A stretch of 47,638 bases of DNA, taken from assembly GCF_001194135.2 (NCBI RefSeq), contig NC_068986.1:88684032-88731669 (forward strand). Direction: 5' to 3'. The position numbers and the translations under genes are program-made. Positions 45,433 to 47,638 of this stretch are shown one piece after another; within the stretch, counting starts at the first letter, position 1, and every line of letters starts with the position of its first letter. The notes under the pieces were generated by a model. That model worked only from the letters and a program-made list of their open reading frames with translations. It was not told the DNA's origin and ran no database searches. This DNA is from Octopus bimaculoides (Eukaryota).

Positions 45433-46891
45433 AATAATAATACTTTACACTTTCCCATAAAATATATTTGAAGTAGTTATTTATTAAAAAGAACAAATTG
45501 TTACAATTATAATGAATGTTTTGATTGACGACGATAAAATAGATACATCAAGTTTTTAAATAATCCTTAAAAAATATTTCTATTGTATACAGAGCAAAGG
45601 TTTTAAACATCTAAAATTCAAATTATAACCTAATACTGGTTTCAAATTTTGGTATTAGGCTAATATTTCGGGGGAGGGGACGAGTCAATTACAACGACTC
45701 CAGTGCCCAACTGCTACTTATTTTATCGACTTCGAAAGGTTGAAAGGCAAAGTCGACCTCAGCGGAATTTGAACTTAGAACTTAGGAATTCTGCCAGCTC
45801 GCAGCCTTAATTTATAATTTAATATTGCAAAACGATTATATAATATGCCAATATAAGTGTATGTGTGTGTGCAACGTGAATTTGTAAAATACATTGCCCA
45901 GTAAGCAAAAGATGTATGGGTCGATTCTCGTCAGTGATTTCGCTATTTTTCAACCTCAGAATTTTTGTCTAGTGGTTTGAACGTATGTATGTATGTGTTT
46001 GCATAATTAAATTTTTCTAATTTACACAAACTAGCTAGTTGGTTAGATAGATAGATAGAATTGCGCTCTGGGTTACTCAGTTTCTTGGTTACATATTGTT
46101 TTGAACTGGATCTTAGCCTTACAACAATGCTAATATCTTGTTAGGGCGGCTTTATTAGAGGTAACTCCCACATGAATTTGTTTTAGTCTCAAGGGACTGC
46201 TGCCATTTCTGACACTAACATATGCATACACACTTCGGCTCCGAAAAGGGAGTATATTGCATTCTTTCAAATGACAATATGATGGATATTAACATTAAAT
46301 TAGAAATTCGATATATGAAATCACTCATTCAATACTTCTCTTTTATTTATTTAATTTTCTTTTTATTGACTGGGTCTGGAGAAAGGGTTTTGCGTATGGC
46401 CTTTGCAACCCCTCCGAGACCGGCGAGATCAACAAGCTTAACGTTCCTCTTGAACAGTTGCAAGTTGACGGTTGCTGGGGGGGGGGGGGACAAACAAAAA
46501 AACAAACAAACGTGTGTAGGGTGACAATTTCAGAGGGTCGACATACTGGGTAGGAAGAGTGGGCGTAATGGTTTGGGTAGGGCCTCTTGGGCGGGTGAAC
46601 ATAATTTGGGTGATAAGAGTCGGAATAAGGGTAGGAGTGACGAATGAATCGAAACTATCTGACTAGGAAGCGCAGAGAAGTAGAGGCCATTGATATTATA
46701 GTAGTAGTAGTATTAGCAGCAGCAGCAGTAGCAGTAATAGTAGTAGAAAAGGCAGAGAGAAGAGATAACATGTTTGTGGACCTGAAATTGACGTGTGTTT
46801 GTGATTGATTTTATGTCAATCCTTCTTTCTTTTACGGAGATGTACATGCATAGCAAGTGACTTAATCTGAGATCGTGTACTGAAACAAAAA

Positions 46892-47083
46892 CAATTGCAG
46901 TGTGGAATGTGTTTATAAGCCATTTAAAAACACGCAAAAACTGCAGCACGGAATTTTGTCTGAACAGGTCGCGGTTTCAAAGCGACGAAAATATTTTGAG
47001 AAATTAAATTTAAATGTTGAGGTGAATCTAACAGTTTTTGTGTGTTTTTAAATGGCTTATAAACACCTTCCACGCTGCAATTG
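46892..47083. mobile_element. 192-bp element with ~51-bp TIRs enclosing a hammerhead-like core
   Basis: 46893-46943 pairs with 47032-47082 (3 mismatches). Confidence 0.88.
46952..47005 (+). ncRNA. Degenerate hammerhead-like motif (C at position 8)
   Basis: aauuuugu-CUGAACA-G-GUCGC GGUUUCAAA GCGAC-GAAA-A UA U U U-ugagaaauu: perfect 5-bp stem II, palindromic stem III AAUAUU, imperfect stem I. Confidence 0.45.
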
Positions 47084-47476
47084 ATTTCTTTCTCTGGGTG
47101 TGACCTAAGGTATTTGTGTATATGGAAGCAGCATATAATTACTAATGCGGTTCTCACCTGAGCTTTGTGGAGGATTACTTGTTATAGTCGGAGTATTTTC
47201 TTTTTTTCTTATACTCTGAGATGAAGTTTTTGCTGTTCTTTTATTCTTGTATTCTTTTATTCTTTTATTCTTTTATTCTTTTACTTCTTTCAGTCATTTG
47301 ATTGCGGGCATGCTGGAGCACCGCCTTTAGTCGAACAAATCGACTCCAGGACTTATTCTTTGTAACCCGAGTACTCATTCTATCGTTTTTTTTTGCTGAA
47401 CCGCTAAGTTACAGGGACGTAAACACACCAACATCGGCTGTCAAGTGATCGTGGGAGGACAAACACAGTCACCCAA

Positions 47477-47507
<31 letters not shown>

Positions 47508-47513
47508 AAGAAA

Positions 47514-47638
47514 GGCGCAGGAGTGGGTGTGTGGTAAGTAGCTTGCTTCTCAACCACATGTTTCCGGGTTCAGTCCCACTGCGTGGCACCTTGGGCAGGT
47601 GTCTTCTAGTATTACTTCGGGCCGACCAAAGCTTTGTG
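47514..47638 (+). mobile_element. Bipartite SINE head (runs off the window), back-to-back with a minus-strand second module at about 47265-47470
   Basis: ggcgcaggagtgggtgtgtggtaagtagcttgct...ccgggttcagtcccactgcgtggcaccttgggc. Confidence 0.85.

Overview
This is a repeat-dense animal genomic window from a gapped draft assembly with 14 N-runs. The SINE and microsatellite landscape looks like Octopus or another coleoid cephalopod; that is recognition, not something I can verify here. The only gene I can identify with confidence is TDP1 (tyrosyl-DNA phosphodiesterase 1), whose last three coding exons lie on the + strand at 1554-1656, 11607-11715 and 13733-13812. A possible signal-peptide exon of an unknown minus-strand gene lies at 34277-34459. 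The rest is mostly tRNA-derived SINEs, RTE and R4/Dong LINE remnants, Tc1/mariner and Chapaev3-like DNA transposon remnants, short elements with terminal inverted repeats (TIRs), and microsatellites. Most ORFs in the supplied track are artefacts of N-gaps or simple repeats. The most interesting signal is five hammerhead-ribozyme(-like) motifs with unrelated flanks, at about 9.45, 20.6, 23.9, 29.9 and 47.0 kb. Four have the palindromic, dimer-type stem III of Penelope-like element (PLE) ribozymes, four have non-canonical catalytic cores, and three sit inside or overlap long inverted repeats that mimic MITEs. One lies just 3' of a 5'-truncated PLE whose GIY-YIG endonuclease is split by a ~165-codon Ser/Asn-rich insert. 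All ribozyme calls are manual folds, and activity is untested.
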